Assembly: GCA_040389345.1 (NCBI GenBank)
Contig: JAZKAE010000023.1
Span: 1-42,905, forward strand
Reading direction: 5' to 3'
Source: Patescibacteria group bacterium
Lineage (GTDB): Bacteria > Patescibacteriota > Minisyncoccia > Phycocordibacterales > Zambryskibacteraceae
DNA: 42,905 nucleotides
Shown: positions 15,452 through 24,505 of the stretch, one piece after another
Numbering within the stretch: the first letter of the stretch is position 1
Layout: each line of letters begins with the position of its first letter
Notes under the pieces: model-generated
Told to the model about the DNA's origin: nothing
The model's database searches: none
What the model saw: the letters and a program-made list of their open reading frames with translations, nothing else
Position numbers and translations under genes: made by a program

Positions 15452-16027
15452 ATGGTCATCACCTACCAAGGTCTCGAATCCTTCCGGATCACTCAAGGCG
15501 ACCTTGCCATCGCCCTTAACCCAGCCTCATCTCGGGCTGGAGCAGACATCACCCTTATAAGCTCAAACGCCTTTGCCACAGACGGTAAGGGATTCGTCAT
15601 TACCGGCCCCGGAGAGTATGAGGTCAAGGATATCGGGGTCAAAGGATTTCTTTCCGAATCAAATTATGAAGGTATAGCGAGATACAACACGATCTATCAG
15701 ATCAATCTCGAAGGAATGAATCTCTGTTTCCTCGGTCCGCTCTCAAATCCTGAATTGTCTGATGAGGCCAAAGAGTCCATCGAAGACGTCGATGTGCTGT
15801 TCGTGCCAGTCGGAGGCGAAGGGGTGCTTGAAGCGGCGGCTGCCTACAAGCTCGCCGTCTCACTTGAACCTTCGGTCATTATCCCGATGCACTACACAGA
15901 CAAGTCGCTTGCCCAGTTCATAAAGGAAGGAGGAGAAGAAAAATCCGCTCCGGTCGACAAACTCGTTCTAAAGAAAAAGGATCTCGAAGGCAAAGAAGGG
16001 GAAATTATCGTCCTTAAAGAAGAATAG
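15452..16027 (+). CDS. MBL-fold (UPF0173-like) protein lacking the HxHxDH metal motif
   Basis: VITYQGLESF, ADITLISSN and IIPMHY parallel UPF0173 VTYHGHSCF, ILVTHGHGDH and IPMHY, but the His ligands are replaced. Confidence 0.5.
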   Translation: MVITYQGLESFRITQGDLAIALNPASSRAGADITLISSNAFATDGKGFVITGPGEYEVKDIGVKGFLSESNYEGIARYNTIYQINLEGMNLCFLGPLSNPELSDEAKESIEDVDVLFVPVGGEGVLEAAAAYKLAVSLEPSVIIPMHYTDKSLAQFIKEGGEEKSAPVDKLVLKKKDLEGKEGEIIVLKEE

Positions 16028-16028
16028 A

Positions 16029-16382
16029 ATGCGACAATACCTTGCCACAGTTCACACTCGATCTGATGCTCACAAAAAGCGCTTTGCGTTCCTTATCTCA
16101 AGCGGCGTCACTCTTTCTATCTTTTTAGTGTGGTCCCTTTTTATGTTCTCGCCGCTCGGGAGCGATGATGCGATCCTTGCAGAAAACTCAGTCCCGACAG
16201 ATACTGGTCCGAGCCCCTTTAATAGTATTCAAGGAGGTGTAGCTGCATCGATCTCCTCTTTAAAGCAGCAATTCAATGCAGTGAAGGGGAATGTGAAGGC
16301 AGTAAACCTCCAGTCAGAATACGAGCAGATGCGCACAGACGCATTACATACAAATTCCGGAACCAGTACGTATGGCAACTAA
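16029..16382 (+). CDS. Hypothetical single-pass membrane protein
   Basis: ATG lies 1 nt after the preceding stop. Helix [22 protein letters not shown]. Overlaps the gyrA start by 11 nt. Confidence 0.5.
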   Translation: MRQYLATVHTRSDAHKKRFAFLISSGVTLSIFLVWSLFMFSPLGSDDAILAENSVPTDTGPSPFNSIQGGVAASISSLKQQFNAVKGNVKAVNLQSEYEQMRTDALHTNSGTSTYGN

Positions 16383-18822
16383 CGAAGAACATATCCCAAA
16401 GCACGATTCGGTCGTTTCTCGATCGATCGTCACAGAGATGAAGGAGTCCTTCATCGACTACGCGATGTCTGTCATCACAGACCGCGCTCTTCCTGATGTC
16501 CGCGATGGATTGAAGCCCGTGCACAGACGCATCCTTTTCTCCATGAACGAAAAGGGGTTGACCTCAAGCGCAAAGTCCAGGAAATCTGCGACCGTGGTTG
16601 GAGATGTGCTCGGATCGTATCACCCGCACGGAGATGCGTCCGTGTACGATGCGATGGTCAAGCTTGCCCAAGACTTCTCGACCAGATATCCCCTGATCAT
16701 CGGCCAGGGAAACTTCGGTTCGATCGACGGCGACGGCGCCGCTGCATATAGGTACACCGAGGCCAAGATGAGCAAAGTTGCGTCAGAACTTCTAAATGAC
16801 ATAGAGAAGGATACCGTCGACTTCAAGCCAAACTATGATGGCACGAAGAAGGAGCCTGTTGTCCTTCCTGCAGCTCTTCCCAACCTTCTCTTGAACGGAA
16901 CCCTCGGCATCGCCGTCGGTATGGCGACGAACATTCCGCCTCATAACCTTGGCGAAGTGGTGGATGCGACGATCGCTCTTATAGAGAACCCAGAGGCTGC
17001 GACCGAAGACCTTCTTGAGCATGTGAAGGGCCCTGACTTCCCAACAGGAGGCATTATTTTCAATCAGAAAGATATTCACCATGCGTATGCAACCGGGCGC
17101 GGAGGTATCGTCGCGCGTGGAGTGGCTGAGATCACGGAGAACAAAGCAGGGAACTTCCAGATCATCATCACCGAGATTCCATACCGTGTGAACAAGTCTG
17201 CTTTGATCGAGAAGATCGCCGATCTTGTCCGCGAGAAGAAGCTCGATGGCATCAAGGGCCTTCGCGACGAGTCGACCAAGGACATCCGCATTGCTATCGA
17301 CCTCAAATCCGGCTCTCAGCCCCAGAAAATTTTAAATAGCCTCTACAAATACACTCAGCTTGAAGATACGTTCCATGTAAACCTTGTCGCCCTCGTCGAC
17401 GGCGTGCCTCAGACGCTCTCACTCAAGTCGATGCTCCAGGAGTTCATCAAGCATCGCCAGACTGTGGTGAAGCGACGTGCAGAATTCGACCTCAAGAAAG
17501 CACTGGCTCGTGAGCATATCCTCCTTGGACTTTCAAAGGCTCTCGACCACATCGAGGAAGTGATCAAGATCATCCGTGCATCTAAGGCAGTCGAGGATGC
17601 CAAGATCAACTTGATGAAGCGATTCAAGTTCTCAGACCTCCAAGCCGATGCGATCCTTGAGATGCGCCTTCAAAAGCTCGCAGGCCTTGAAAGAAAGAAG
17701 ATCGAAGATGAATTGAAAGAAGTTCAAGAGTTCATTAAATTCCTAGAAGATCTCCTTGCTTCTCCAAAAAAGATGCTTGCCGTAGTGAAGACCGAACTCA
17801 TCGCTGCCAGAGACAAGTTCGGCGACGACCGCAGAACCAAAGTGATCAAGGGCGGGGCCAAGATCCTCTCTGTAGAAGATATGATCGCCGAAGAAGACAA
17901 CGCACTTGTGCTTACATCTGGCGGATACATCAAGCGAACCAATCCTGACGAATACAAGCGCCAGAAGCGCGGAGGTGTCGGTGTGGTCGACCTTGATACA
18001 AAAGAAGAGGACTTCGTCACACATCTTTTGGTAGCCTCTACTCATTCAGACCTCCTCTTCTTCACAGACAAGGGCAAGGCTTACAAGATCAAGATGTATG
18101 ACATCCCAGAAGGCAGGCGTGCTACAAAGGGCAAGTCGATCATGAACTTCATCTCGCTTTCTGATGATGAGAAGATCACTTCGATCCTGCCCATGTCCAA
18201 GGAGTCCAAAGAGATCGTTGGTTCGCTCCTTATGGTGACCGAAGATGGTACTGCGAAAAAAGTTGATGCCAAGTCCTTCCACGACGTCCGCTCATCAGGC
18301 ATCATCGCGATCAAGCTCGCGCCAGGCGACCGACTTGTCTCAGTATCGCTCGTCTGCGATGGAGACGATGCGGTCATTGTCACCAAGGAAGGCCAGTCGA
18401 TCAGATTTAAAGAATCAGACATCCGTGAGATGGGTCGCGGAGCAGCCGGTGTGCGAGGCATCAAGCTCGATAAGGGAGACAAGGTCATCGGGGCGCATGA
18501 GATACAGAAAAGATGGAAGGATGCGCACCTCCTCGTGATCAGTGCCAACGGCTACGGCAAGCGAACCGAACTTTCAGAATACAAAGTGCAGGGAAGAGGT
18601 GGGTCAGGCATCCTCACATCAAAGGTGACAGATAAGACAGGCAAGGTGATGGCATCCCAGATCGTCACTGAAGAAGAGGAAGAAGTGGTCGCGATCTCAA
18701 AGAAAAGCCAGGTCGTCCGCGTGAACATCACCGAGATCCCTGTCCTCGGTCGTCAGACTCAAGGGGTGAGAATAATGAAATTGAGAGAAGGGGACTCTCT
18801 TGCCTCTCTTATCTGCCTCTAA
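16372..18822 (+). CDS. gyrA: DNA gyrase subunit A
   Basis: [11 protein letters not shown], the YHPHGD box and the catalytic AAYRYTE region. C-terminal beta-pinwheel repeats. Confidence 0.97.
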   Translation: MATNEEHIPKHDSVVSRSIVTEMKESFIDYAMSVITDRALPDVRDGLKPVHRRILFSMNEKGLTSSAKSRKSATVVGDVLGSYHPHGDASVYDAMVKLAQDFSTRYPLIIGQGNFGSIDGDGAAAYRYTEAKMSKVASELLNDIEKDTVDFKPNYDGTKKEPVVLPAALPNLLLNGTLGIAVGMATNIPPHNLGEVVDATIALIENPEAATEDLLEHVKGPDFPTGGIIFNQKDIHHAYATGRGGIVARGVAEITENKAGNFQIIITEIPYRVNKSALIEKIADLVREKKLDGIKGLRDESTKDIRIAIDLKSGSQPQKILNSLYKYTQLEDTFHVNLVALVDGVPQTLSLKSMLQEFIKHRQTVVKRRAEFDLKKALAREHILLGLSKALDHIEEVIKIIRASKAVEDAKINLMKRFKFSDLQADAILEMRLQKLAGLERKKIEDELKEVQEFIKFLEDLLASPKKMLAVVKTELIAARDKFGDDRRTKVIKGGAKILSVEDMIAEEDNALVLTSGGYIKRTNPDEYKRQKRGGVGVVDLDTKEEDFVTHLLVASTHSDLLFFTDKGKAYKIKMYDIPEGRRATKGKSIMNFISLSDDEKITSILPMSKESKEIVGSLLMVTEDGTAKKVDAKSFHDVRSSGIIAIKLAPGDRLVSVSLVCDGDDAVIVTKEGQSIRFKESDIREMGRGAAGVRGIKLDKGDKVIGAHEIQKRWKDAHLLVISANGYGKRTELSEYKVQGRGGSGILTSKVTDKTGKVMASQIVTEEEEEVVAISKKSQVVRVNITEIPVLGRQTQGVRIMKLREGDSLASLICL

Positions 18823-18895
18823 TTATCTATATACCAAGGCCTGGCCTGGCATCTTTCTATCTAAAATAACTATAAAACGGCTATAAACCGTCGAC

Positions 18896-18940
18896 TTATC
18901 CCCATACATAGGCGGGGCCTATGTATGGGGATAACTTTTT
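18896..18940 (+). terminator. Rho-independent terminator with unusually long perfect stem
   Basis: TTATCCCCATACATAGGC-ggg-GCCTATGTATGGGGATAA (18 bp) followed by CTTTTT. Confidence 0.75.
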
Positions 18941-18960
18941 ACATAAAAAATACCCTTGCG

Positions 18961-19737
18961 CTAAGTGAGCGAAAGGGCTTGGCGCCGACCGAGTATATAG
19001 GCGATGCGCGCATTCAGGGGTTTCTTTAACAGAGTGATGAGAGTGAATCGGACAGGAAAGGTGACGTCCCCGATAGTGCAGGTGATATGCATGGGATACA
19101 CACCCTTTGCCCATGAGGTGGGGCGCAGCTTGAGCTTCTGAAGCCCTTCGATAAATGAGGCATCTTCACCCAAGAGTTCGTTGACCCTCTCCCATCCAAT
19201 CTGCACTGCTGTTTCTTCCCGGCGGCCGACCATTCGACAGGGCTTTGCGCCAAACTTCTTCTCGAAAGCGGTCACAATCGAAAGATCTACGAGGTAGATC
19301 CCTTTGATGTGGCTTGAGAGAAACTGGTACATGTCCCCCTCGTTCTTGATAGAACGGATAAGTGAATACTGGCTCGTCTTTGGACTAAATCCGCGGGGGC
19401 GGGGCTGGCCCGCTTTGAACCTCTCTGTGCTTTGATAATAGGCAAGAGAGTACAGCGAGTACTCGAGAGGGAAGGGCGGGTCTTCTTCATACTCCCGTAT
19501 CTGATGGGCTCTGATCTCGAGTGAGTTCACATCGCCTCGACTCTTGGACTCTACCCTGATCTGAAGATCCAGTGAGGACATGTCTCCCCAGGCAGGATAG
19601 CCACGCGGGGTTGGATCGCATTCCAGGATCTGCGTCATAAGGTGCTGGAAGAAATTTCCAACCATCCCCTGAGTGTCGAGGCCGCGAGAACGCATCCAGA
19701 CACGCCGAGCTTTCGTCCACTGAATTGGCGATGTCAT
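18961..19737 (-). CDS. Putative PD-(D/E)xK-fold nuclease
   Basis: GGAGAA lies upstream of ATG 19737. WGDMSSLDLQIRVESKSRG fits D...ExK. No further family recognised. Confidence 0.4.
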   Translation of the reverse strand: MTSPIQWTKARRVWMRSRGLDTQGMVGNFFQHLMTQILECDPTPRGYPAWGDMSSLDLQIRVESKSRGDVNSLEIRAHQIREYEEDPPFPLEYSLYSLAYYQSTERFKAGQPRPRGFSPKTSQYSLIRSIKNEGDMYQFLSSHIKGIYLVDLSIVTAFEKKFGAKPCRMVGRREETAVQIGWERVNELLGEDASFIEGLQKLKLRPTSWAKGVYPMHITCTIGDVTFPVRFTLITLLKKPLNARIAYILGRRQALSLT

Positions 19738-19869
19738 AATTCTCCATCTGTGAAGGTTCAAGATTCTAAAAAGATTATAGATTGGTCGAGAAGGGGTGCA
19801 TAGTAGACAGGTCAGTTCTGACACATATAATCTCACCAGACTAGACTGGACCTTAACTTTGGTGACCAT

Positions 19870-21000
19870 ATGGCATCAGTGCGCTATGTCATTGCCCATG
19901 ATCGAGCTGAGTGGGTTGTGCGAACCCTCATCGACTCCTGGAAGCAGAAACTTCCACCCTTCGACCACGCTGAACCTGTGCCAGGACGATTGCCCAAAAC
20001 ACTTGACCCAGGGAGCGTCCAACACGCTATCTGGCTCATGGTCGGTCTCCTCTATATGAGAGGCAGGATCGACAGTGCGCAGGCTTTCCTCAGGCTTTGC
20101 AACGTGTACGACGAACATCCTTGGATGTTTGACGTGAGCACATTTTCTGGCGTTTTGAGCGAAGAAGTAAGGCTCGAAATGCATGAAATCCTGAAAAAGA
20201 ACGGGCTTGGATTCAATGTCCGAGAGACTGTTCGATTCTGGGACTTCAACCTGAAGAAGATAGGAAGGTTCTGGGAAGGAAATCCGCTCCAGATCTTTGA
20301 GGCGGCAGAGAATTACCAGGAGCTTTGCAGAATTTTCATGATAGGCAAAGGTGACCCCGACCTCTCCACTGGATTCATGGGGCTTCGCGAGAAAATGGTG
20401 AGTATGTACCTCTACTTTCTCATTAATGCAAAGCTTACAAGTCCGATGATGCATCCAGGCCCGGTTGATACACACAACATCCGAGTGCTCGCCTCAACTG
20501 AAGCAGTGCGAGCTGTTGTCATGGGAGAGGGGACGCGCTACGAATTCTATCAAGTGTCTCCGGTGATCCGAGAAGTATATCGTCTGTACTGCAAGACAGT
20601 GGATGATGTCCTCGACCTTGCGAATGCGTTGTGGTATTTGTCCCGGGACTTCTGCTCACGGAGCCAAGGCAATGCTTCAACAACGGGAGGGTATCGAGGT
20701 CGAGCCACTGAAGTAACCGCTAAGCGGATCAGCTGGACACCAAGCAAAACAGAAGTGTACAACTCGACCTGTGGGCTATGTCCGGTTGAAGAAGTGTGCC
20801 GGTGGAGTCTGCCCTCGGCTCGCCAGTACAATCAAGGGTATCTGGAGATCCGAAGTGCTCGTCCAAAGCCCCATGTTCATCAGGAGAATCTTCTTGAGGT
20901 GCCTCGCACTCTTACGAGTCGTGGCCCGAAACCAGTTTCCCCCAGCTGGTCAAGCATAGAAGAGTTCAAGCACATGCACCAAAAAACATTGAGTGAGTAG
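19870..21000 (+). CDS. HhH-GPD (endonuclease III-like) DNA glycosylase homologue with Fe-S cluster cysteines and an N-terminal extension
   Basis: GFMGLREKMVSMYL compares with the LPGVGRKTA HhH motif, with the Lys retained. GPVDTHNIRVL compares with VDTHVFRV, with the Asp retained. C-terminal CGLCPVEEVC is C-x2-C-x5-C, with a fourth Cys upstream (DFCSRS). Confidence 0.6.
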   Translation: MASVRYVIAHDRAEWVVRTLIDSWKQKLPPFDHAEPVPGRLPKTLDPGSVQHAIWLMVGLLYMRGRIDSAQAFLRLCNVYDEHPWMFDVSTFSGVLSEEVRLEMHEILKKNGLGFNVRETVRFWDFNLKKIGRFWEGNPLQIFEAAENYQELCRIFMIGKGDPDLSTGFMGLREKMVSMYLYFLINAKLTSPMMHPGPVDTHNIRVLASTEAVRAVVMGEGTRYEFYQVSPVIREVYRLYCKTVDDVLDLANALWYLSRDFCSRSQGNASTTGGYRGRATEVTAKRISWTPSKTEVYNSTCGLCPVEEVCRWSLPSARQYNQGYLEIRSARPKPHVHQENLLEVPRTLTSRGPKPVSPSWSSIEEFKHMHQKTLSE

Positions 21001-21023
21001 CCCGTATACTGTACGGGCTTTTT
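21000..21023 (+). terminator. Rho-independent terminator
   Basis: GCCCGTA-tactg-TACGGGC followed by TTTTT. Confidence 0.75.
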
Positions 21024-21034
21024 CTTTTTGCCTG

Positions 21035-21040
21035 TATAAT
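21035..21040 (+). promoter_or_regulatory. -10 box TATAAT, 6 nt upstream of ATG 21047
   Basis: Sequence reads cctgTATAATatttttATG, with no SD. Confidence 0.4.
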
Positions 21041-21046
21041 ATTTTT

Positions 21047-21580
21047 ATGTTCACCAATCCAAAACAGAATATCCTCGAGTTTGGATTTCTCCCCGGCCAA
21101 AAGGTTGCGGACCTCGGTGCTGGTGCCGGGCACTATACACACGCACTCTCTGTGGCGCTTGGCAAGGACGGCAGAGTTATTTCTGTTGACCTCGACAAGG
21201 ACCTGCTCGTTAAGGTGTATAAAGAGGGCAAGGCTGAAGGCAGGGACAATATCCGCTCTGTAGAAGGGGACGTCGAGGAGATAGGAGGCACAAAGATCGC
21301 TGATGAGACACTGGATGGAGCTGTGTTCGGCAACATTCTCTTCTTTTTGGAGGATAAGGCGAATGCTGTCCGAGAGGCAAAGCGCATAGTAAAAAAGGGC
21401 GGTCGGATCGGCGTGGTCGAATGGGCGGATTCCTCATACCTTGCTCGCATCCAAACCGAAGGAGTGAATCATGTGCTCAAGGAGGATGATGTAAAAGCCT
21501 TGTTCAAAACAGAAGGTCTTGAGTTCGAACGATCGTTCCCAGCCGGTGAACATCACTACGGTCTTATCTTTAAAAAGTGA
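21047..21580 (+). CDS. Class I SAM-dependent methyltransferase (small-molecule/UbiE-like type)
   Basis: Motif I VADLGAGAGHYT, motif II ISVDLD and post-I acidic residues. No DNA-methyltransferase (D/N)PPY or PC motif. The start lies after the terminator at 21000-21023. Confidence 0.75.
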   Translation: MFTNPKQNILEFGFLPGQKVADLGAGAGHYTHALSVALGKDGRVISVDLDKDLLVKVYKEGKAEGRDNIRSVEGDVEEIGGTKIADETLDGAVFGNILFFLEDKANAVREAKRIVKKGGRIGVVEWADSSYLARIQTEGVNHVLKEDDVKALFKTEGLEFERSFPAGEHHYGLIFKK

Positions 21581-21594
21581 TAGTATAGATATAC

Positions 21595-22875
21595 ATGTCC
21601 AAGTTCCAGATCATCCTTCTTGCAGTCTTTGGAGTCTTCATTGTCGTCGCAGTCCTCTTGTTCTCTGTCTCAAAAGGATCGGGAACAGCAGCCGCGACGG
21701 TTACTGTGTGGGGCGATATGACCACCTACGATTTCTCTCTGCTTTTGAACAATGCGGGACTTACAGGGAACAATCAGCTCACCATCAAGTATGTTGAGAA
21801 GTCTAAAGACACCTTTGATACCGAATTCACCGAAGCTCTCGCCGAAGGTCGGGGGCCCGACCTTGTACTCTTGCCTCAATCGAAGATCTGGAAAGCGAGG
21901 AACAAGCTCCTCGTGATCCCTGGGTCATCTATCGCCCAGAAGGATTTTATAAATACATTCGCTGATGAAGCGGATCTCCTCATCTCAAGCGAAGGCGTAT
22001 ATGGGTTGCCTCTCTATATCGATCCACTCGTCCTCTATACGAATCGAGATCTACTTTCAAAGGCCTCATACGCCAATCCGCCCAAATATTGGGATGAGAT
22101 CTATGACTACGCACAGAAACTGACAGAAAAAGATACTGCAGGGAACATCTCGACAAGCGCCATCGCGCTCGGGGAATCTCGCAACATCCCAAACGCCAAG
22201 GATATCCTCGCTCTGCTCATGCTTCAGGCAGGAACTCCGATCACGAGTTTTCAAGGGGCTGATCTGCGCTCAGCGCTTGAAGATAATTTTAATTTACCTC
22301 TCTTGCCTTCGGCCGCTGCGCTTGACTTTTATACCCAATTCTCAAATTCTGCAAAGCCGTACTATACATGGAATAGATCCCTCCTGCCTGCCAATACCTC
22401 TTTCATCTCAGGTAAGTCTGCGTTCTATATAGGATATGCAAGCGAGCTTGCCCTTCTCAAGGCTAAAAACCCCACTCTTTCTATCGGTGTTGCTCCTGTC
22501 CCACAGTCGAGGGTCTCGGGCAAGGCTGTGACCTATGGCAAGCTCGGAGCTATCTCTGTAGTGAAAAGCGCTTCAAATCCGACTGCGGCGCTTCAGGCCG
22601 CACTTCTCCTCGTCTCTCAGAACTCAGCGAGCGAACTGGCAAAGATCAGCTCGCTCGCTCCTGCTCGGCGGGACCTCTTGTCTGAACGACAGACCGATCC
22701 TGCAAAAGCGGTATTCTATACAGCGGCACTTCAGTCAAAGGGGTGGATCGATCCAGATGATTCAAAGACGGGTGCGCTCTTCACTGATATGATCGACAGC
22801 GTCACCTCGGGACGGGCCCGAACGGATGAAGCGATATCAAACGCAAGCTTCGCCTTGGATTCTCTCACAAAATAA
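21595..22875 (+). CDS. Membrane-anchored extracellular solute-binding protein (family 1-like), orphan
   Basis: N-terminal helix IILLAVFGVFIVVAVLLF. VTVWGD, GRGPDLVLLP, GLPLYIDPLVLYTNRDLL and PPKYWDEIY resemble SBP_bac_1/8 hallmarks. Confidence 0.55.
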   Translation: MSKFQIILLAVFGVFIVVAVLLFSVSKGSGTAAATVTVWGDMTTYDFSLLLNNAGLTGNNQLTIKYVEKSKDTFDTEFTEALAEGRGPDLVLLPQSKIWKARNKLLVIPGSSIAQKDFINTFADEADLLISSEGVYGLPLYIDPLVLYTNRDLLSKASYANPPKYWDEIYDYAQKLTEKDTAGNISTSAIALGESRNIPNAKDILALLMLQAGTPITSFQGADLRSALEDNFNLPLLPSAAALDFYTQFSNSAKPYYTWNRSLLPANTSFISGKSAFYIGYASELALLKAKNPTLSIGVAPVPQSRVSGKAVTYGKLGAISVVKSASNPTAALQAALLLVSQNSASELAKISSLAPARRDLLSERQTDPAKAVFYTAALQSKGWIDPDDSKTGALFTDMIDSVTSGRARTDEAISNASFALDSLTK

Positions 22876-23252
22876 TGCGCACCCTTACTCACATTCTCGC
22901 CACCTTGATCCTCTTGATGGTATTCGTTCCTGTGCTTGCATTTGGAGCGAACACAAACCTCATTCCATGTGATGGGCCTAGTTGTAGTTTTAATGATCTG
23001 ATTTCACTTGCTGAGGCTGTTATCAACAACCTCATAATCTATGCCACTATCCTCACTGTGGCTATCCTTGTATATGCTGGATTCACACTCGTCACTTCTG
23101 GAGGAGATGAAGGGGCGCTTAAAAAAGCTAAAGGGATGTTCTGGTCAGTGGTGAAGGGGTATGTGTGGATACTCATCGCCTGGGTTCTCGTCTATACTAT
23201 TATGAACGCCTTGACGGACTCGACGTACAACTCGGTCCTCGGCCAACCATGA
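22875..23252 (+). CDS. VirB2/TrbC-like mini-membrane protein, paralogue 1
   Basis: The ATG overlaps the preceding stop (TAATG). Signal peptide ends VLAFGA. Two hydrophobic helices flank the loop SGGDEGALKKAKG. Confidence 0.6.
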   Translation: MRTLTHILATLILLMVFVPVLAFGANTNLIPCDGPSCSFNDLISLAEAVINNLIIYATILTVAILVYAGFTLVTSGGDEGALKKAKGMFWSVVKGYVWILIAWVLVYTIMNALTDSTYNSVLGQP

Positions 23253-23674
23253 TCATGAAAAAATATCTTCCTGGATTTTTTGCCTTCATATTTCTTTGTT
23301 TGTTTTCTGTATCATTAGTTCACGCTCAGATCCCTGGAAGTGGTACTGTTCCTAATAATCCTCCAGGGAGTGGCACAGTGCCTGGGAACGGCGTAAATGT
23401 AAATAAAACTCTCACTAATCCTTTTAAGTTCGGTAATTCACTTATTGATCTCTTTAATGCCATTCTAAAGAATATTGTATTGCCGATCGGCGGGGTGGTG
23501 ATCATCTTGGCCTTCATTTATTCAGGATTCCTCTATGTCACTGCTCAGGGAGATGAAAAGAAGATTGGCACGGCCCATCGGGCATTCCTCTATACAGCGA
23601 TCGGAGCAGCTATTCTTCTTGGAGCCGAAGCGATCTCCTTGGTCATATCCAATACTATCGGTCAGCTCCAATGA
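23249..23674 (+). CDS. VirB2/TrbC-like mini-membrane protein, paralogue 2
   Basis: ATGA stop/start overlap. Signal peptide ends SLVHA. PGSGTVP occurs twice. Helix-loop (AQGDEKK)-helix core. Confidence 0.6.
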   Translation: MIMKKYLPGFFAFIFLCLFSVSLVHAQIPGSGTVPNNPPGSGTVPGNGVNVNKTLTNPFKFGNSLIDLFNAILKNIVLPIGGVVIILAFIYSGFLYVTAQGDEKKIGTAHRAFLYTAIGAAILLGAEAISLVISNTIGQLQ

Positions 23675-23997
23675 GGTATATCTTTTTCTTGATCCTTGTC
23701 CCCATATTTGCTCATGCTTTTCCTGGAGATCTGCGGGGAGTAGTAGGGTTGTTCATGGAGCTCATAAATGCGGTGATCCCTATCCTCATGAGCTTGGCAC
23801 TTCTCTTTTTCTTGTGGGGAATTGCAAACTTCATCCGCAATGCCGCCGACACCAAAGCCCATGCAGACGGCAGACAAATGATGATCTGGGCGGTGGTGGC
23901 ACTCTTTGTGATGATCTCGTATTATGCGATCATTCAAGCTGCCCAGGGGGATGTGTTCGGTGTGTCGTTCGGACAGCCGCGGTTGCCTGAAAAATAG
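23671..23997 (+). CDS. VirB2/TrbC-like mini-membrane protein, paralogue 3
   Basis: ATGA overlap. Signal peptide ends IFAHA. Core LALLFFLWGIANFIRNAADTKAH...ALFVMISYYAII. Confidence 0.6.
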   Translation: MRYIFFLILVPIFAHAFPGDLRGVVGLFMELINAVIPILMSLALLFFLWGIANFIRNAADTKAHADGRQMMIWAVVALFVMISYYAIIQAAQGDVFGVSFGQPRLPEK

Positions 23998-24008
23998 AAC
24001 TTATAATT

Positions 24009-24428
24009 ATGAAAAAAACACTTACACTCACTCTCATACTCGTCACACCTCTTGCTGCATCCGCCCAACAAAAATTTGGAGGACTGCTTTCTCTTATCCA
24101 TGGGGTGGGGAATATTGTACAGGCGCTTATCCCCATTGTGGCCGGTCTCGCGCTTCTCTATTTCTTCTGGGGGCTTGCTACATTTATCCGCAGTGCGGGG
24201 GATGAGAAAAAGCACGCCGATGGTATCAATATCATGAAGTACGGTCTCATTGCGCTCTTTGTGATGGTGTCTGTCTGGGGGATCGTTGGTTTTATTCAAG
24301 GAGAACTTGGACTTCCTAGAACCACAAGCGGTAATCCATCTTTTGTTGGAGGAGGATCAACGAACGGTGGTGCGTTCGGCGGAGCTGATCCAGGTTGCGG
24401 AGCAGGAGTTGATGATATCCCTTGTTAA
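24009..24428 (+). CDS. VirB2/TrbC-like mini-membrane protein, paralogue 4, with Gly-rich C-terminal tail
   Basis: Signal peptide ends LAASA. Core LALLYFFWGLATFIRSAGDEKKH...ALFVMVSVWGIVGF. Tail GGGSTNGGAFGGADPGCGAGVDDIPC. Confidence 0.6.
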   Translation: MKKTLTLTLILVTPLAASAQQKFGGLLSLIHGVGNIVQALIPIVAGLALLYFFWGLATFIRSAGDEKKHADGINIMKYGLIALFVMVSVWGIVGFIQGELGLPRTTSGNPSFVGGGSTNGGAFGGADPGCGAGVDDIPC

Positions 24429-24505
24429 TCCACATCTGCCTAGCAATTTCCTCGGATGAGGGTATGATTAATCTGTTACCCCGTATTTCGGGGACATTAA
24501 AAATA

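Noticed and set aside
21047-21580. The methyltransferase as the DNA-modification partner of the nuclease/glycosylase pair (a restriction-modification reading).
   Set aside because: It has only class I small-molecule-type motifs (VADLGAGAG), no (D/N)PPY or PCQ catalytic motif and no target-recognition domain. A terminator and its own -10 box separate it from the pair.
22875-23674. UGA recoding (genetic code 25), as in some CPR lineages.
   Set aside because: TGA terminates several well-delimited genes here (stops at 23250-23252, 23672-23674 and 21578-21580). Long conserved genes (gyrA, clpB, topA, infB) are uninterrupted under the standard code.
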